A DNA stretch of 54,787 nt, from contig JAQGOY010000268.1 of the NCBI GenBank assembly GCA_028293375.1, positions 1 through 54,787 on the forward strand. The letters run 5' to 3'. The notes under the pieces were generated by a model, which ran no database searches, had not been told where the DNA came from, and saw only the letters and a program-made list of their open reading frames with translations. Position 1 is the first letter of the stretch; every line of letters starts with the position of its first letter. The stretch is from Verrucomicrobiales bacterium. Its GTDB lineage: Bacteria > Verrucomicrobiota > Verrucomicrobiia > Limisphaerales > JAQGOY01. The translations under genes and the position numbers were made by a program. Below are positions 8,205 to 18,332 of the stretch, in pieces.

Positions 8205-9140
8205 TTTGTTTAATCTATTATTGTTATCAATTAGTGCCTCTGTGTTTTCAGATTCGCGTGTAGGAAACGCACGGAACTGATAAGTGGAGGCGCCCATCGG
8301 CTGGCTGATCATCACTCAGGCCGCTGAAACTCCCCGGTGGGTCCTGAATTGCTCGTCAACCGGAAGAATGTATCGTAGGTAAGCGATGCGCAGAAATATT
8401 TCCATCTTCGGCGGTAAGGAACCATTCAGGCGGTTCCAGGGTGTCGTCACCGGATGGCAAGAAAATGCCGTGGTGAGGTTTCTAGCGCTGGGAAACTGCA
8501 CCGGGGACAAAGTTCCCTCGATTTTCTGCCACATCGAATCGCCCATTTTGGGTGAACTCTTCAGAGATTCCTTTGATTAATGTTGGATGCCGAACTCAGG
8601 GGGCATTTTTGTTTGCACTTCTACCTTGAAAAAAATGTCCGTGACGAAAATTCAATTCCTCCAAAAACCTTTCCAAAACTCAGGGTTTTCGCCTACGTGG
8701 AAGTTCAGTTTTTTACTGATCGGTAAGTCGAAGAAAATTGGAAACAACTTTTTCTCAGGCCCACTAAATTGCTCAGCGAAAAGTGGAGGAAACCCCTATC
8801 AACACGAGGGTTTTCGCATTGTGAATAACTCGTGTATAAGTCGTAATACATTGTCCTAGCCAGCGTCCCTCAGTTGGAATAGAAAAATGACTCGCAAAAA
8901 ACGAGCCGGAAGGGCGGCGTGCTGCGAGCTGGGGTTCGGGAAACTTCGAGTTCTATACGAGCCTATGTAAGACACTCAGCGACAGGTGGTTATGGGGATT
9001 TTTTTGGTGCGGAAAAAGTCAGTTTAAAAGTTGGTTGTCGATTGGGCTTGTAACTTTGTAGGATCACAGCATTAAAGGGTGGAGTAATCCACTGTTACAG
9101 CCTTGAAACGTGTGGAAGTGAATAAACAGAAATTTACGAA
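8200..9140. other. Candidate oriC / dnaA control region
   Basis: About 940 bp with no convincing gene, directly upstream of dnaA. One exact DnaA-box match TGTGAATAA (8820-8828, = TTATTCACA). AGTGAATAA at 9117-9125. GTGGA cores at 8284, 8697, 8783, 9079, 9088 (reverse) and 9112. Repeated GGGTTTTCGC (8683-8692, 8808-8817) and GTGGAAGT (8697-8704, 9112-9119). AT-rich tracts at 8200-8236 and 8620-8680. Confidence 0.4.
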
Positions 9141-10517
9141 ATGGAAATAGACGCTGAACAGATATGGGCTAAAGCACAGGATCTTCTGAAGAACATGCTT
9201 AATCCCGATATTTACAACCTCTGGTTTCAGCCCCTGCGTGCACTGGAGGTTCAGGGCGACACCCTGGTTCTCGAGGTAGCGAATGACTTCTGCGAATTGT
9301 GGATCAAGGACAACTATTTGGATGTCGTGAAAGGGGTGCTTGGCCAAACCTCAGGGCGTCGGTTTGAGGTCAAGTTCAAGATAGGCAATAGTGCAGCCAT
9401 TGCCTTGCACGAAAGAGGAGCCGCCACGCCTTCCCAGCCTACGCGAGAGGAAACTTCCGCCGCTCTCGATGAGCGTAGCGTCTCCCTAAGCAAAGATACT
9501 CATTTCAATCCCAAGAACACCTTTGACACGTTTGTCGTCGGCGAAACCAACAATCATGCTCATGCCGCAGCTTTGGCTGTCGCCCAGTCTCCAGGAAAGT
9601 CATTCAACCCGCTTTTTCTTTACGGTGGGGTTGGCCTGGGAAAAACTCACTTGTTGCACGCAATTGGTCAATATGTCAGCCACCACAAAAAAGGGGCGCG
9701 AGTTGCCTATCTCTCTTCGGAGAAGTTTACCAACGAATACATCGACGCCATCCAAAACAATCAATTGGTTCGGTTTCGTAAGAAATATCGGCAAACCGAT
9801 GTCCTTCTGATTGATGATATTCAGTTTCTCGCAGGCAAAGAGCGAATCCAGGAGGAATTTTTCCACACGTTTAATGCCCTGCACGAGGCGCACAAGCAGA
9901 TCGTTTTAACTTGCGATCGTCCCGCCAGCGAAATCCAAAACCTCGAACAACGACTCTGTTCCCGCTTCGAATGGGGTTTAGTGACGGATATGCAGCCGCC
10001 AGATGTCGAAACCAGATTGGCCATTCTTCGCAAGAAAGCCAAAATGATGAACGTCGATTTATCGGATGATATTCTGAATTTTCTAGCCAATCGCATCCGA
10101 ACAAATATACGCCGACTGGAAGGCGCTTTGATCCGCGTGGCTTCTTATGCCTCGCTAACGGGCAAAAAAGTAACCATTGAAACTGTTGAAGGCTTGCTCC
10201 GTGAACTCCTTCACGAAGAAGGCCGCTACAGTATCAATATCGACTCCATCCAAAAAAAGGTGGCTGAGTATTTCGACATCCGCCTCGCCGATATGACCAG
10301 CAAGAGGCGCCCGGAGAACATCGCTTTTCCTCGTCAAATCGCCATGTTTTTGGCCCGTCAAATGACAGAAAGCTCACTCAATTCAATCGGTGAAGCCTTC
10401 GGAGGCCGGGATCACGGCACCGTCCTTCATGCCTGCAGGCTGGTTAAAGATCGAATGGAAGTGGATGCGAATGTCAGGCAGGTGGTAGGACACCTTGAAA
10501 AACAATTGCTCCGCTGA
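9141..10517 (+). CDS. dnaA: Chromosomal replication initiator DnaA
   Basis: Walker A GGVGLGKTHLL, LLIDDIQFL, sensor motifs, and C-terminal DNA-binding helix RDHGTVLHACRLV. Confidence 0.97.
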   Translation: MEIDAEQIWAKAQDLLKNMLNPDIYNLWFQPLRALEVQGDTLVLEVANDFCELWIKDNYLDVVKGVLGQTSGRRFEVKFKIGNSAAIALHERGAATPSQPTREETSAALDERSVSLSKDTHFNPKNTFDTFVVGETNNHAHAAALAVAQSPGKSFNPLFLYGGVGLGKTHLLHAIGQYVSHHKKGARVAYLSSEKFTNEYIDAIQNNQLVRFRKKYRQTDVLLIDDIQFLAGKERIQEEFFHTFNALHEAHKQIVLTCDRPASEIQNLEQRLCSRFEWGLVTDMQPPDVETRLAILRKKAKMMNVDLSDDILNFLANRIRTNIRRLEGALIRVASYASLTGKKVTIETVEGLLRELLHEEGRYSINIDSIQKKVAEYFDIRLADMTSKRRPENIAFPRQIAMFLARQMTESSLNSIGEAFGGRDHGTVLHACRLVKDRMEVDANVRQVVGHLEKQLLR

Positions 10518-10542
10518 GCATTTGAATAATTTGCGAACCAAG

Positions 10543-10576
10543 GCAATGTTCCACGTGGACATTGCTTTTTTGTTTT
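10543..10576 (+). terminator. Rho-independent terminator after dnaA
   Basis: GCAATGT/ACATTGC stem extended by CC/GG around an ACGT loop, followed by TTTTTTGTTTT. Confidence 0.8.
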
Positions 10577-10631
10577 CAAGAAACCATATGGATAGGGGCA
10601 CTTCTCAGGCGTCAGTTCTCAAAATATTTTT

Positions 10632-11651
10632 ATGGCCGTAATCGAGGTCAATCAGCTAACCCGCACTTTTCGCACGTTCAAAAAGAAACCTGGCCTGGCT
10701 GGGGCAATTCGCGGGCTTTTTCATCGCGAGTATGAGGAGGTTTCTGCGGTAAAGAATGTTTCTTTCAAGGTGGAAGAGGGAGAATTTGTCGGTTTTTTGG
10801 GGCCTAACGGAGCAGGCAAGACTACGACCCTAAAAATGCTGGCGGGATTGCTTTACCCCAGCAGCGGCACGGCTCGCGTGCTTGGATACAATCCATGGGA
10901 ACGGAAAGACGGCTATAGAAGGCAGTTTGCCCTTTTGCTGGGACAAAAAAACCAACTGTGGTGGGACCTTCCCGCTTACGAATCATTATTGCTCAACAGC
11001 AAAATATACGATCTTGCCCCAAAAGAATTTGAAAAAAGTGTCCAGGAGATGAGCGAAATGCTCAATGTGAAAGACAAGCTCAATGTAAACGTCCGGGAGC
11101 TTTCATTGGGCGAACGAATGAAAATGGAACTCATCGCCGCGCTTCTTCACAAGCCGCGTGTCCTGTTCCTCGATGAACCAACGATTGGACTCGATGTGGT
11201 TTCCCAGAAAACAGTGCGGGAATTTCTGAAGGAGCACAATCGCATCAGAAAAACCACGATCGTATTGACGAGCCACTACATGGCGGACATTGAGGAGCTT
11301 TGCAACCGCGTCGTTATTATCGACAAGGGAAAACTTTTTTTTGACGGGGAACTTTCCCAGATCATGGACCGTTTTGCCGACAGCAAACGAATCACGATCC
11401 AATACGATCCATTGACGGAAGCAGCCGAGAATGAGGTGGGCCGAGTGGCGGAAATGGTCGGGACAGTAATCGAAAAGAAAGCGGGCCTGTTAAAAGTACA
11501 AGTGGCTCGTGAGAGGGCAATCCAGGCCTGCAAGACCCTTTTGGATGCGGTCCCGGCGAAGGATATCGATATCCAGGAGGTGCCTATCGAGGAAGTTATT
11601 CGTGGAATCTTCTCGGGGGAGACCGACGTTACATCCAACCCAGGTTCCTGA
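10632..11651 (+). CDS. ABC transporter ATP-binding protein (long ABC-2-associated type), no permease partner in window
   Basis: Walker A GPNGAGKTTT, signature LSLGERMK, Walker B LFLDEPT. QLWWDLP motif and a roughly 100-aa C-terminal extension. Confidence 0.9.
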   Translation: MAVIEVNQLTRTFRTFKKKPGLAGAIRGLFHREYEEVSAVKNVSFKVEEGEFVGFLGPNGAGKTTTLKMLAGLLYPSSGTARVLGYNPWERKDGYRRQFALLLGQKNQLWWDLPAYESLLLNSKIYDLAPKEFEKSVQEMSEMLNVKDKLNVNVRELSLGERMKMELIAALLHKPRVLFLDEPTIGLDVVSQKTVREFLKEHNRIRKTTIVLTSHYMADIEELCNRVVIIDKGKLFFDGELSQIMDRFADSKRITIQYDPLTEAAENEVGRVAEMVGTVIEKKAGLLKVQVARERAIQACKTLLDAVPAKDIDIQEVPIEEVIRGIFSGETDVTSNPGS

Positions 11652-12516
11652 CGGTAGCCAGTGTGGAACGCGTCTTGTTCAACGTATAAAAATGGAAACC
11701 GCAAACTCCATTTTTCGCGAGATCTCCGCACTGGCGGGTGGCATACTCAATCCCGTAATTAATGGACCCTTCTTCATCAGCTGCGAGAGTTGTAAGTGAG
11801 TTTTCCATATCGGCGGGAATTCTCGCGCCGCAAAGGGCGGCGAACCGCTTTATCTGGGTGATGCTGAGAACAGGAAGAATCCCCGCACAAATGGGCACGG
11901 TCACACCCAGTTTCTTTACAAGGTGTTCACGAAACCGGTAAAAATCCTCATTGTCGTAAAAAAGTTGAGTCACCACAAAATCGGCTCCACAATCGATTTT
12001 TTCCTTCAGCCTTTGCCAATCGACTTCCTTGCCGTCTTTACAGGCAATGTGCCCTTCGGGAAATCCTGCTGTGCCGATGCAAAAACCACCCCGGCGACGA
12101 ATGAACTGGATAAGCTGGGCGGAAAATTCAAAGCCCCCTGCGGTCTTCACGAATTCCCCTCCTCCAGGAGAATCCCCCCTCAACGCGAGAACATTTCGGA
12201 TGCCTCGCTTTTCAGCTTCGGAAAGCACAGACCCTATTTCATCGGAAGTGGCATTGACGCAGGTCAAATGGGCCATGGTGGTCAAGTGATGTTCGTTTTG
12301 GATGCGTTCCGCTATGGAAAGCGTTTTTTCGCGCGTGCTGCCTCCAGCTCCATAAGTCACTGAACAGAAATCAGGCCGGGCCGACAATAATTCCGGAACG
12401 GTTTTTCCAAGGAGAGTCTTGTCCCCTTCTTCCGTCTTGGGTGGGAAAAATTCAAACGATATAACAGGACGCGACCCGGGAACCCAGGCGCGGTGGATAT
12501 CGCGGATCAATTTCAT
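11629..12516 (-). CDS. metF: 5,10-methylenetetrahydrofolate reductase
   Basis: SFEFFPPKT, LTCV, ALRGD and TQLFYD motifs. Trimmed from the TTG at 12543 to ATG 12516. The 3' end overlaps the convergent ABC gene by 23 nt. Confidence 0.9.
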   Translation of the reverse strand: MKLIRDIHRAWVPGSRPVISFEFFPPKTEEGDKTLLGKTVPELLSARPDFCSVTYGAGGSTREKTLSIAERIQNEHHLTTMAHLTCVNATSDEIGSVLSEAEKRGIRNVLALRGDSPGGGEFVKTAGGFEFSAQLIQFIRRRGGFCIGTAGFPEGHIACKDGKEVDWQRLKEKIDCGADFVVTQLFYDNEDFYRFREHLVKKLGVTVPICAGILPVLSITQIKRFAALCGARIPADMENSLTTLAADEEGSINYGIEYATRQCGDLAKNGVCGFHFYTLNKTRSTLATVRNLGWM

Positions 12517-12634
12517 TCGGGCTCGTTCTACCGAAAGGGCCAAAGTTACAAAAGCAAATTCGTTTTGTAATAGAACATGGGGGAACTATCGAAGGTATGC
12601 TAAACTGAAGCAGTTAACATCCGGAACGCGCACT

Positions 12635-13648
12635 ATGAGCAAAACAGAAAAGTATTCGCATATTATTTTTTGCTTGATGTTGCTATTGATCGGCTGGCTG
12701 CACATGGCCATTCCGTTTCTGGTCATTTGCTTTGCCTACTTTGTCCTGAACCGGCTTAATTTTTTTAATCGAAAACCGCTGGCGGTAGTTTTGTTTATCC
12801 TGATCTTCTCCGGGATTTTTTACGGATTCGCCTGGTTCTCGCACCACGCATGGAAAGCGCTGCCCACTCTTGTTTCCAACAATATTTCCCCAATTTTGGA
12901 GGAAGCCCAAAAGCATAATATTAATTTGCCGTTTGAAGACCTCGACAGCCTGAAAGACTTCGCCAGGGACGCAGTGAAGGAAAGAGTGGGGGAAATGGGG
13001 AATTTTGCAAAAATTGCCACAAAGGAGTTTCTATTTCTGATTATTTCAGTCGTGGTAGCCGTTAGCCTCTTTCTTAGGCCGAAAAAGCCTGAGACATTTC
13101 CCGCTCCCAATCTTTACGAACATCTTTCCCGGGGGGTAGCGGCGCGTTTTCGCAAATTTTATCACAGCTTTTCGAAGGTGATGGTGGCTCAAATCACCAT
13201 TTCTGCCATCAACACGGCATTAACTGCGCTCTTCCTGCTGACCTGCCGGTTCCCTTATTCAGCGCTTTTAATTCCAACCACATTTCTTTGCGGCCTGGTG
13301 CCTATAATAGGAAACCTTGTCAGTAATTCATTAATCGTGTGCGTGGCATTCAGCAAATCACCGCAATGGGCGCTTGTTGCGCTCGGCTTCCTGCTTGTGC
13401 TGCATAAAGGGGAATATTTTCTGAACAGTAAAATTGTGGGGGGGCACATCAAGACGCCAATGTGGATTACGCTGCTGGGATTGATCCTGGGGGAGCGAAT
13501 TCTCGGCATTCCTGGGATGGTACTCGCTCCCATACTCATTCATTACTTCAGGACTTCATCGCAGGAAATGCCGTTTACCGACGAAGGGTTTATGGAGATG
13601 CCAACGGCGCTCCCTTCCAACAACCCCAAGCCAGACTCACAACGGTAA
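12635..13648 (+). CDS. AI-2E (PerM/UPF0118) family transporter-like membrane protein
   Basis: Track ORF starts at 12419 inside metF antisense; trimmed to ATG 12635 (MSKTEKYSHIIFCLMLLL). Multi-TM, with the GLVPIIGNLVSN motif typical of the family. Confidence 0.7.
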   Translation: MSKTEKYSHIIFCLMLLLIGWLHMAIPFLVICFAYFVLNRLNFFNRKPLAVVLFILIFSGIFYGFAWFSHHAWKALPTLVSNNISPILEEAQKHNINLPFEDLDSLKDFARDAVKERVGEMGNFAKIATKEFLFLIISVVVAVSLFLRPKKPETFPAPNLYEHLSRGVAARFRKFYHSFSKVMVAQITISAINTALTALFLLTCRFPYSALLIPTTFLCGLVPIIGNLVSNSLIVCVAFSKSPQWALVALGFLLVLHKGEYFLNSKIVGGHIKTPMWITLLGLILGERILGIPGMVLAPILIHYFRTSSQEMPFTDEGFMEMPTALPSNNPKPDSQR

Positions 13649-13706
13649 CATCGAGCCGCAGCTTGAACACTCCGTCCGCTACTGGTAGGCTACTCTCCTT
13701 TCCGGC

Positions 13707-16556
13707 ATGGAATACAAGAATACATTAAACCTTCCGCAGACCGACTTTCCAATGAAAGCGGATCTGGTTACCCGTGAACCCCAAAGGCTTCAGAAATGGG
13801 AAAAGGAGCAGCTCTACTTTCGTATTCAAGCCAGCCGCAAGGATCGCCCACGGTTCATTTTGCACGACGGCCCACCGTTTGCGAATGGAGATGTCCATAT
13901 TGGCACTGCGCTAAACAAAATTTTAAAGGACCTGATCATTCGCTATCAGAGCCTCAGGGGAAATAATGTGCCTTACGTCCCGGGGTGGGATTGCCACGGC
14001 TTGCCGATCGAGTTCAAAGTGAGCCAGGAATTGCGAAAAGCGGGTGACACCAGCAGCGATGCGGCGACCATTCGCAAGGCGTGCGACGCATACGCCCGTA
14101 AATTCATCGAGCTCCAACGCACTCAGTTCAAGCGCCTGGGAGTGCTTGGAGACTGGGAAAATCCTTATTTGACCCTGGATCCAGGCTACGAGGCAGAGGA
14201 GCTTCGCCTGTTTGCGGATGTCGTCGAAAAAGGCTTCGTGTATCGCGGAAAAAAACCCGTTTATTGGAGCATTCCCTGCCGTACCGCACTGGCAGAGGCT
14301 GAAGTCGAATATCACGATCATGTTAGCCAGAGCGTTTATGTCAAATTCCCAATCATTGATCGACCCGGAACCTTTATCCTGATCTGGACAACGACGCCAT
14401 GGACTCTGCCCGCAAACCTGGCCATCGCCTACAATTCCACGTTTTCCTACTCGGCAGTGAGAGTTGGCGAGGAAACTTACATCGTCTCCACTTTCCTACT
14501 GGATGCAGTTGCTAAAAAACTTGGCTGGGGAGGATTTGAAATAATTCGAAGCATCCCCGGAACTACCCTGGGGAGTGTCGAGTACCAGCATCCCTTCTGT
14601 AATCGAAAGGGCCGACTCTTTGCTGGTGACCATTTCGTGGAGAACTCCACAGGAACTGGTTTCGTGCACATCGCCCCCGGTCATGGCTTGGAAGATTACG
14701 GTTTGGGCCGAGAAAAGGGTCTGGTTATTTACTCGCCCGTCGATGATGACGGCAGGTTGGCGTATACCAACGAACTGCCTCGTGAAGAACAGATGCCCGA
14801 AGAACTCGTCGGCAAGTCGATTCTTGAGAAAAACGGTCGCAGCGATGCCAACGAGGCTGTCATCGAGCTATTAACTCGGGTCAATGCCCTGGCATTTAGA
14901 GAGCCCTATCACCATAGCTATCCACATTGTTGGCGAAGCAAAACGGCTGTTATCTTTCGGGCGATGGATCAGTGGTTCATTCGTATTGACCACCAGGATT
15001 TTAGAACTCAGGCGCTAGACGCAATTGCCAATGTGAATTGGGTTCCTGATTGGGGTCGAGGCAGAATCGAGGGCGCAGTTAAAACGCGACCTGACTGGTG
15101 TATCTCGCGGCAGCGAACCTGGGGCGTGCCCATTCCTGCGTTTTACGTAAGCGACGGAGTGCCTTTGCTGGATGCTCGCATCATTCGGTCCACCGCCGAT
15201 TTAATCGAAAAGAATGGATCCAACATTTGGTTTGAAAAATCGGTGGAAGAACTCTGGTCGTTATTAAAACCGGTGGATTGGAATGGCGCAGGGCCGGTGG
15301 CTAAATCTTCGGATACGCTGGACGTTTGGATTGATTCCGGATCTTCATCCCGCGCCGTCCTCATGAAACGTCCTGAACTCCAGCACCTGGCTTCCCAGGG
15401 AAAGGACTCGTGGCAGGCGGATGTTTATTTGGAAGGCAGCGATCAACATCGTGGATGGTTCCAATCTTCGCTGCTGCTCTCACTGGCAGGAAATGGTCTT
15501 CCCCCATTCAAAACCGTTCTCACTCATGGCTTCATGGTGGACGCAGATCGCGAGAAAATATCAAAATCGAAACAGGGACAGGGAGGTTATGAGAAACCTC
15601 AAACCGCAGAAGCCTACGTTAAAAAATATGGAGCGGATGTAGTTCGTCTCTGGGTCGCTTCGCAGGACTATCGCAATGACATCGTAGTGAGTGAAGAGCG
15701 CATCAATAAGGTAAGCGAAACCTATCGAGCCATTCGAAATACGCTTCGCTACCAACTATCCAACCTGTTTGATTTTGATCCCGCGACTCAATCGGTCCCG
15801 GTGGAAAAAATGACACCGCTGGACCGTTGGATCCTGGCGGAGTTCAACAAGGTGTGCGAGCAGGCCAGTGAGGCGTACGAGCGTTTTGAGTTTCATCTGG
15901 TCTACCAAAAGCTCAGCCAATTTATCGCGGTCGAACTATCTGCCATTTATCACGATGTGGCCAAAGACCGGCTTTACACCGATCCTGCCAACTCACTCCG
16001 CCGAAGATCGACCCAAACAGCTCTGCAGTTGATTGTGACCGGTCTGGCACAGCTGCTTTCGCCAATGCTGGTATTCACCGCAGACGAAACCTGGGAACTC
16101 ATTCCCGGGGTAAAAAGCGGGAGCGTGCATGAATCTGAATTAAAACCCCACGCAGTGGAACTTACCGCCGAAGAAAAGCGATTATGGCCCGCAATTTTTG
16201 AGGTGAGAGAGACGGCGCACGGCGAGCTGGAGAAAGCACGACAGGCAAAACTCATCGGAAAATCTTTGGAAGCCAAGCTCTCGCTCCAAGTCTCTCCCAA
16301 ACTTTATGAAGTGTTACAGAATCACCTCGAAGTTTTAAGGGAGGTTCTGAACGTTTCACAAGTCACTCTGATCGAGGACTCCGAGACCAGGGCATCCGTT
16401 TCAGGCGCAGACGGAATCAAATGCGAGCGTTGCTGGCATTTTGAGCTTGAGGTTGGCCAGAGTTCAGAGCACCCGACACTTTGCCCTCGATGTATTGAAG
16501 CGGTTCGGGTTTCCGGCTTGAGAATATCGGAAGAAGCTCGTAATCCAAAAAGTTAG
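13707..16556 (+). CDS. ileS: Isoleucine--tRNA ligase (type 1, C-terminal zinc finger)
   Basis: HIGT (HIGH) motif, KISKS (KMSKS) motif, and C-terminal CERCWH...CPRC. Confidence 0.97.
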   Translation: MEYKNTLNLPQTDFPMKADLVTREPQRLQKWEKEQLYFRIQASRKDRPRFILHDGPPFANGDVHIGTALNKILKDLIIRYQSLRGNNVPYVPGWDCHGLPIEFKVSQELRKAGDTSSDAATIRKACDAYARKFIELQRTQFKRLGVLGDWENPYLTLDPGYEAEELRLFADVVEKGFVYRGKKPVYWSIPCRTALAEAEVEYHDHVSQSVYVKFPIIDRPGTFILIWTTTPWTLPANLAIAYNSTFSYSAVRVGEETYIVSTFLLDAVAKKLGWGGFEIIRSIPGTTLGSVEYQHPFCNRKGRLFAGDHFVENSTGTGFVHIAPGHGLEDYGLGREKGLVIYSPVDDDGRLAYTNELPREEQMPEELVGKSILEKNGRSDANEAVIELLTRVNALAFREPYHHSYPHCWRSKTAVIFRAMDQWFIRIDHQDFRTQALDAIANVNWVPDWGRGRIEGAVKTRPDWCISRQRTWGVPIPAFYVSDGVPLLDARIIRSTADLIEKNGSNIWFEKSVEELWSLLKPVDWNGAGPVAKSSDTLDVWIDSGSSSRAVLMKRPELQHLASQGKDSWQADVYLEGSDQHRGWFQSSLLLSLAGNGLPPFKTVLTHGFMVDADREKISKSKQGQGGYEKPQTAEAYVKKYGADVVRLWVASQDYRNDIVVSEERINKVSETYRAIRNTLRYQLSNLFDFDPATQSVPVEKMTPLDRWILAEFNKVCEQASEAYERFEFHLVYQKLSQFIAVELSAIYHDVAKDRLYTDPANSLRRRSTQTALQLIVTGLAQLLSPMLVFTADETWELIPGVKSGSVHESELKPHAVELTAEEKRLWPAIFEVRETAHGELEKARQAKLIGKSLEAKLSLQVSPKLYEVLQNHLEVLREVLNVSQVTLIEDSETRASVSGADGIKCERCWHFELEVGQSSEHPTLCPRCIEAVRVSGLRISEEARNPKS

Positions 16557-16631
16557 GCGTTCCTGTCGCTGAACTTTGAACGCCAATCAGCAATCTTGAC
16601 AATATGCGTTTGGCGGGAACAATTCGCCCTC

Positions 16632-16961
16632 ATGTCGAGCATTCCAAATCAATTCGAAAAAGTAACTGCAGTTGCCAAAGCAAACGTTTATTTTGACGGC
16701 AAGGTGGTCAGCCACACCATACTATTCGCTGATGGTTCAAAAAAAACACTGGGGTTGATTTATCCTGGAAAATTTCATTTTGGAACGGACAAAGCCGAAA
16801 AAATGGAAATTGTCGATGGCAACTGCCAAGTCAAAAATGATGGTCAGAACAGCGTGCTGAATTATAGCAGCGGCCAGTATTTCGAAGTGCCGGCCAAGTC
16901 TGGTTTTGATATCGAAGTGAGTGCAGGCATTTGTCAGTACATTTGCTCGTTCATCGACTAG
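16632..16961 (+). CDS. ppnP: Pyrimidine/purine nucleoside phosphorylase PpnP (DUF1255)
   Basis: ANVYFDGKVVSH...G.YxFGT...E.M.I..G pattern collinear with E. coli PpnP/YaiE. Trimmed from the TTG at 16596 to ATG 16632. Confidence 0.85.
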   Translation: MSSIPNQFEKVTAVAKANVYFDGKVVSHTILFADGSKKTLGLIYPGKFHFGTDKAEKMEIVDGNCQVKNDGQNSVLNYSSGQYFEVPAKSGFDIEVSAGICQYICSFID

Positions 16962-17350
16962 CGAATCCTCGCCAGCTCAATCCCTGCGGTATTGATCATC
17001 AAATTGAGGCTCTCTTCGCGAACGAGGACCAGCCGGCCTCCACCGGTCTGCGTCGTAATCATTTCAAGGGCAGCGGACTGTGCCCGGGTGCGTCCCTTGC
17101 CAACCCATGGCAATGCTATAGCGGCAAGAGATGCCAGGGTGGCTATAACCGATAGTTGAACCCGCAGGTTATTCATTTTCATAAGATTTGGGAGTGGCGC
17201 TGAACACCGATTATGTGCGCCTGAATAAAATTACGACGGGATTACCTGCCTGTTCAGTGGGCCTCGCCGGGCACAGGGTGTGTTTTTTAAGGCACACTTC
17301 CGCATGTACATCGTTGTGCCGATTCCAATTGTAAGGTTAATTGGAGGCAC

Positions 17351-18286
17351 ATGAGCGCGGAAAAAAATAGCAAGGATGATTTGCTGCCCGGACGCAAAAG
17401 AATTCCGCGTTCCTTCAAGGAGTTGACCCCAAGCAATCATTTCAAACCGGCGGTGTTCTTTTACGAAATGATTTGGAAGGCCCTGTTGACGCCAAGAACC
17501 GGGACTCAAAGAAAGCCAAAATTTCCCCATCTCAAAAAGAGCCAGGTCGCCATCACGTGGATAGGTCATGCGTCATTTCTTATCCAGTTTACTGACCTGA
17601 ATGTCCTGATCGATCCGAACTTTGCAAATTGGCTATTTTTATTAAAAAGATTAAAACGCGCCGGTTGCAAAGTCTCCGATCTTCCACCCATCGACATTCT
17701 CCTGCTCACCCACGCCCATTTTGACCACTTTCATAAATCGACGCTTCGAAAGATTCCGATGCCGGATGCGGCCATCATGCCCTGGGGGGTGGGAGATCTG
17801 GCCAAGGGACTCGGGTTTAAAAACATCATTGAACTCAAGTGGTGGGAAACCTATTTCCATAAGGATTGGAAAGTGACGCTCGTGCCCAGCAAACACTGGG
17901 GAGCCAGGACCATCCATGACCACCATCGCGGTTTTGGAGGATTTGTCATGGAGCACCGCGGAAGGTCTATTTATCACGCAGGGGACAGCGCCTATTTCGA
18001 TGGATTCGCGGAAATAGGAAAAAAGTTTAAACCGGAAATATCGCTGCTCCCGATTGGAGCCTACCATCCGGAGACATTTCGGAAAGTCCACATGGGACCC
18101 GATGAAGCACTGGAGGCATTCATCCAATTAAAATCCCAATTTTTTGTGCCGATGCATTACGGAACCTTTAAACTTTCGTTTGAACCGATGGATGAGCCAC
18201 CGCGCTGGCTGGAGGAGCTTGCAAGAAAGAGAAAATTGCTGAGCAAAATCAAAGTGCTGGACGAGGGAAAGCCAACTTTGTTTTGA
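17351..18286 (+). CDS. MBL-fold metallo-hydrolase (NAPE-PLD-like)
   Basis: ITWIGHASFLIQ, LLTHAHFDH and HAGDS motifs. GGAGG Shine-Dalgarno about 5 nt upstream of the ATG. Confidence 0.85.
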   Translation: MSAEKNSKDDLLPGRKRIPRSFKELTPSNHFKPAVFFYEMIWKALLTPRTGTQRKPKFPHLKKSQVAITWIGHASFLIQFTDLNVLIDPNFANWLFLLKRLKRAGCKVSDLPPIDILLLTHAHFDHFHKSTLRKIPMPDAAIMPWGVGDLAKGLGFKNIIELKWWETYFHKDWKVTLVPSKHWGARTIHDHHRGFGGFVMEHRGRSIYHAGDSAYFDGFAEIGKKFKPEISLLPIGAYHPETFRKVHMGPDEALEAFIQLKSQFFVPMHYGTFKLSFEPMDEPPRWLEELARKRKLLSKIKVLDEGKPTLF

Positions 18287-18332
18287 CCTTGGTGAACGAC
18301 TATAGAAGAGTGTGAAGTCGGTCTGACGATTT

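Noticed and set aside
8133-8546. Two minus-strand ORFs (76 aa and 60 aa) in the same frame, separated only by a TGA at 8316-8318. This raised the possibility of a read-through or selenocysteine gene, or a pseudogene, upstream of dnaA.
   Set aside because: There is no recognisable protein motif in either part and no SECIS-like hairpin evident after the TGA. The 3' part overlaps the plus-strand ORF 7896-8204. Most likely this is chance within the origin-proximal non-coding region, but it cannot be excluded without comparative data.
8240-8960. Possible structured RNA gene (RNase P RNA, tmRNA, SRP/4.5S, 6S) in the GC-richer block upstream of dnaA, including a CCGGAAGG-containing stretch at about 8905-8925.
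   Set aside because: I looked on both strands for GAGGAAAGTCC (RNase P), a tRNA-like CCTCCACCA end with a T-arm (tmRNA) and GGTCCGGAAGGAAGCAGCC (SRP domain IV). Only partial, non-collinear resemblances were found. A covariance-model scan (Rfam/Infernal) would be decisive.
16958-17182. 74-aa minus-strand ORF with a signal-peptide-like N-terminus (MKMNNLRVQLSVIATLASLAAIALP) between ppnP and the MBL hydrolase gene.
   Set aside because: There is no Shine-Dalgarno and no recognisable family, and it overlaps the ppnP stop. It could be a real small exported protein, but the evidence is insufficient to list it as a feature.
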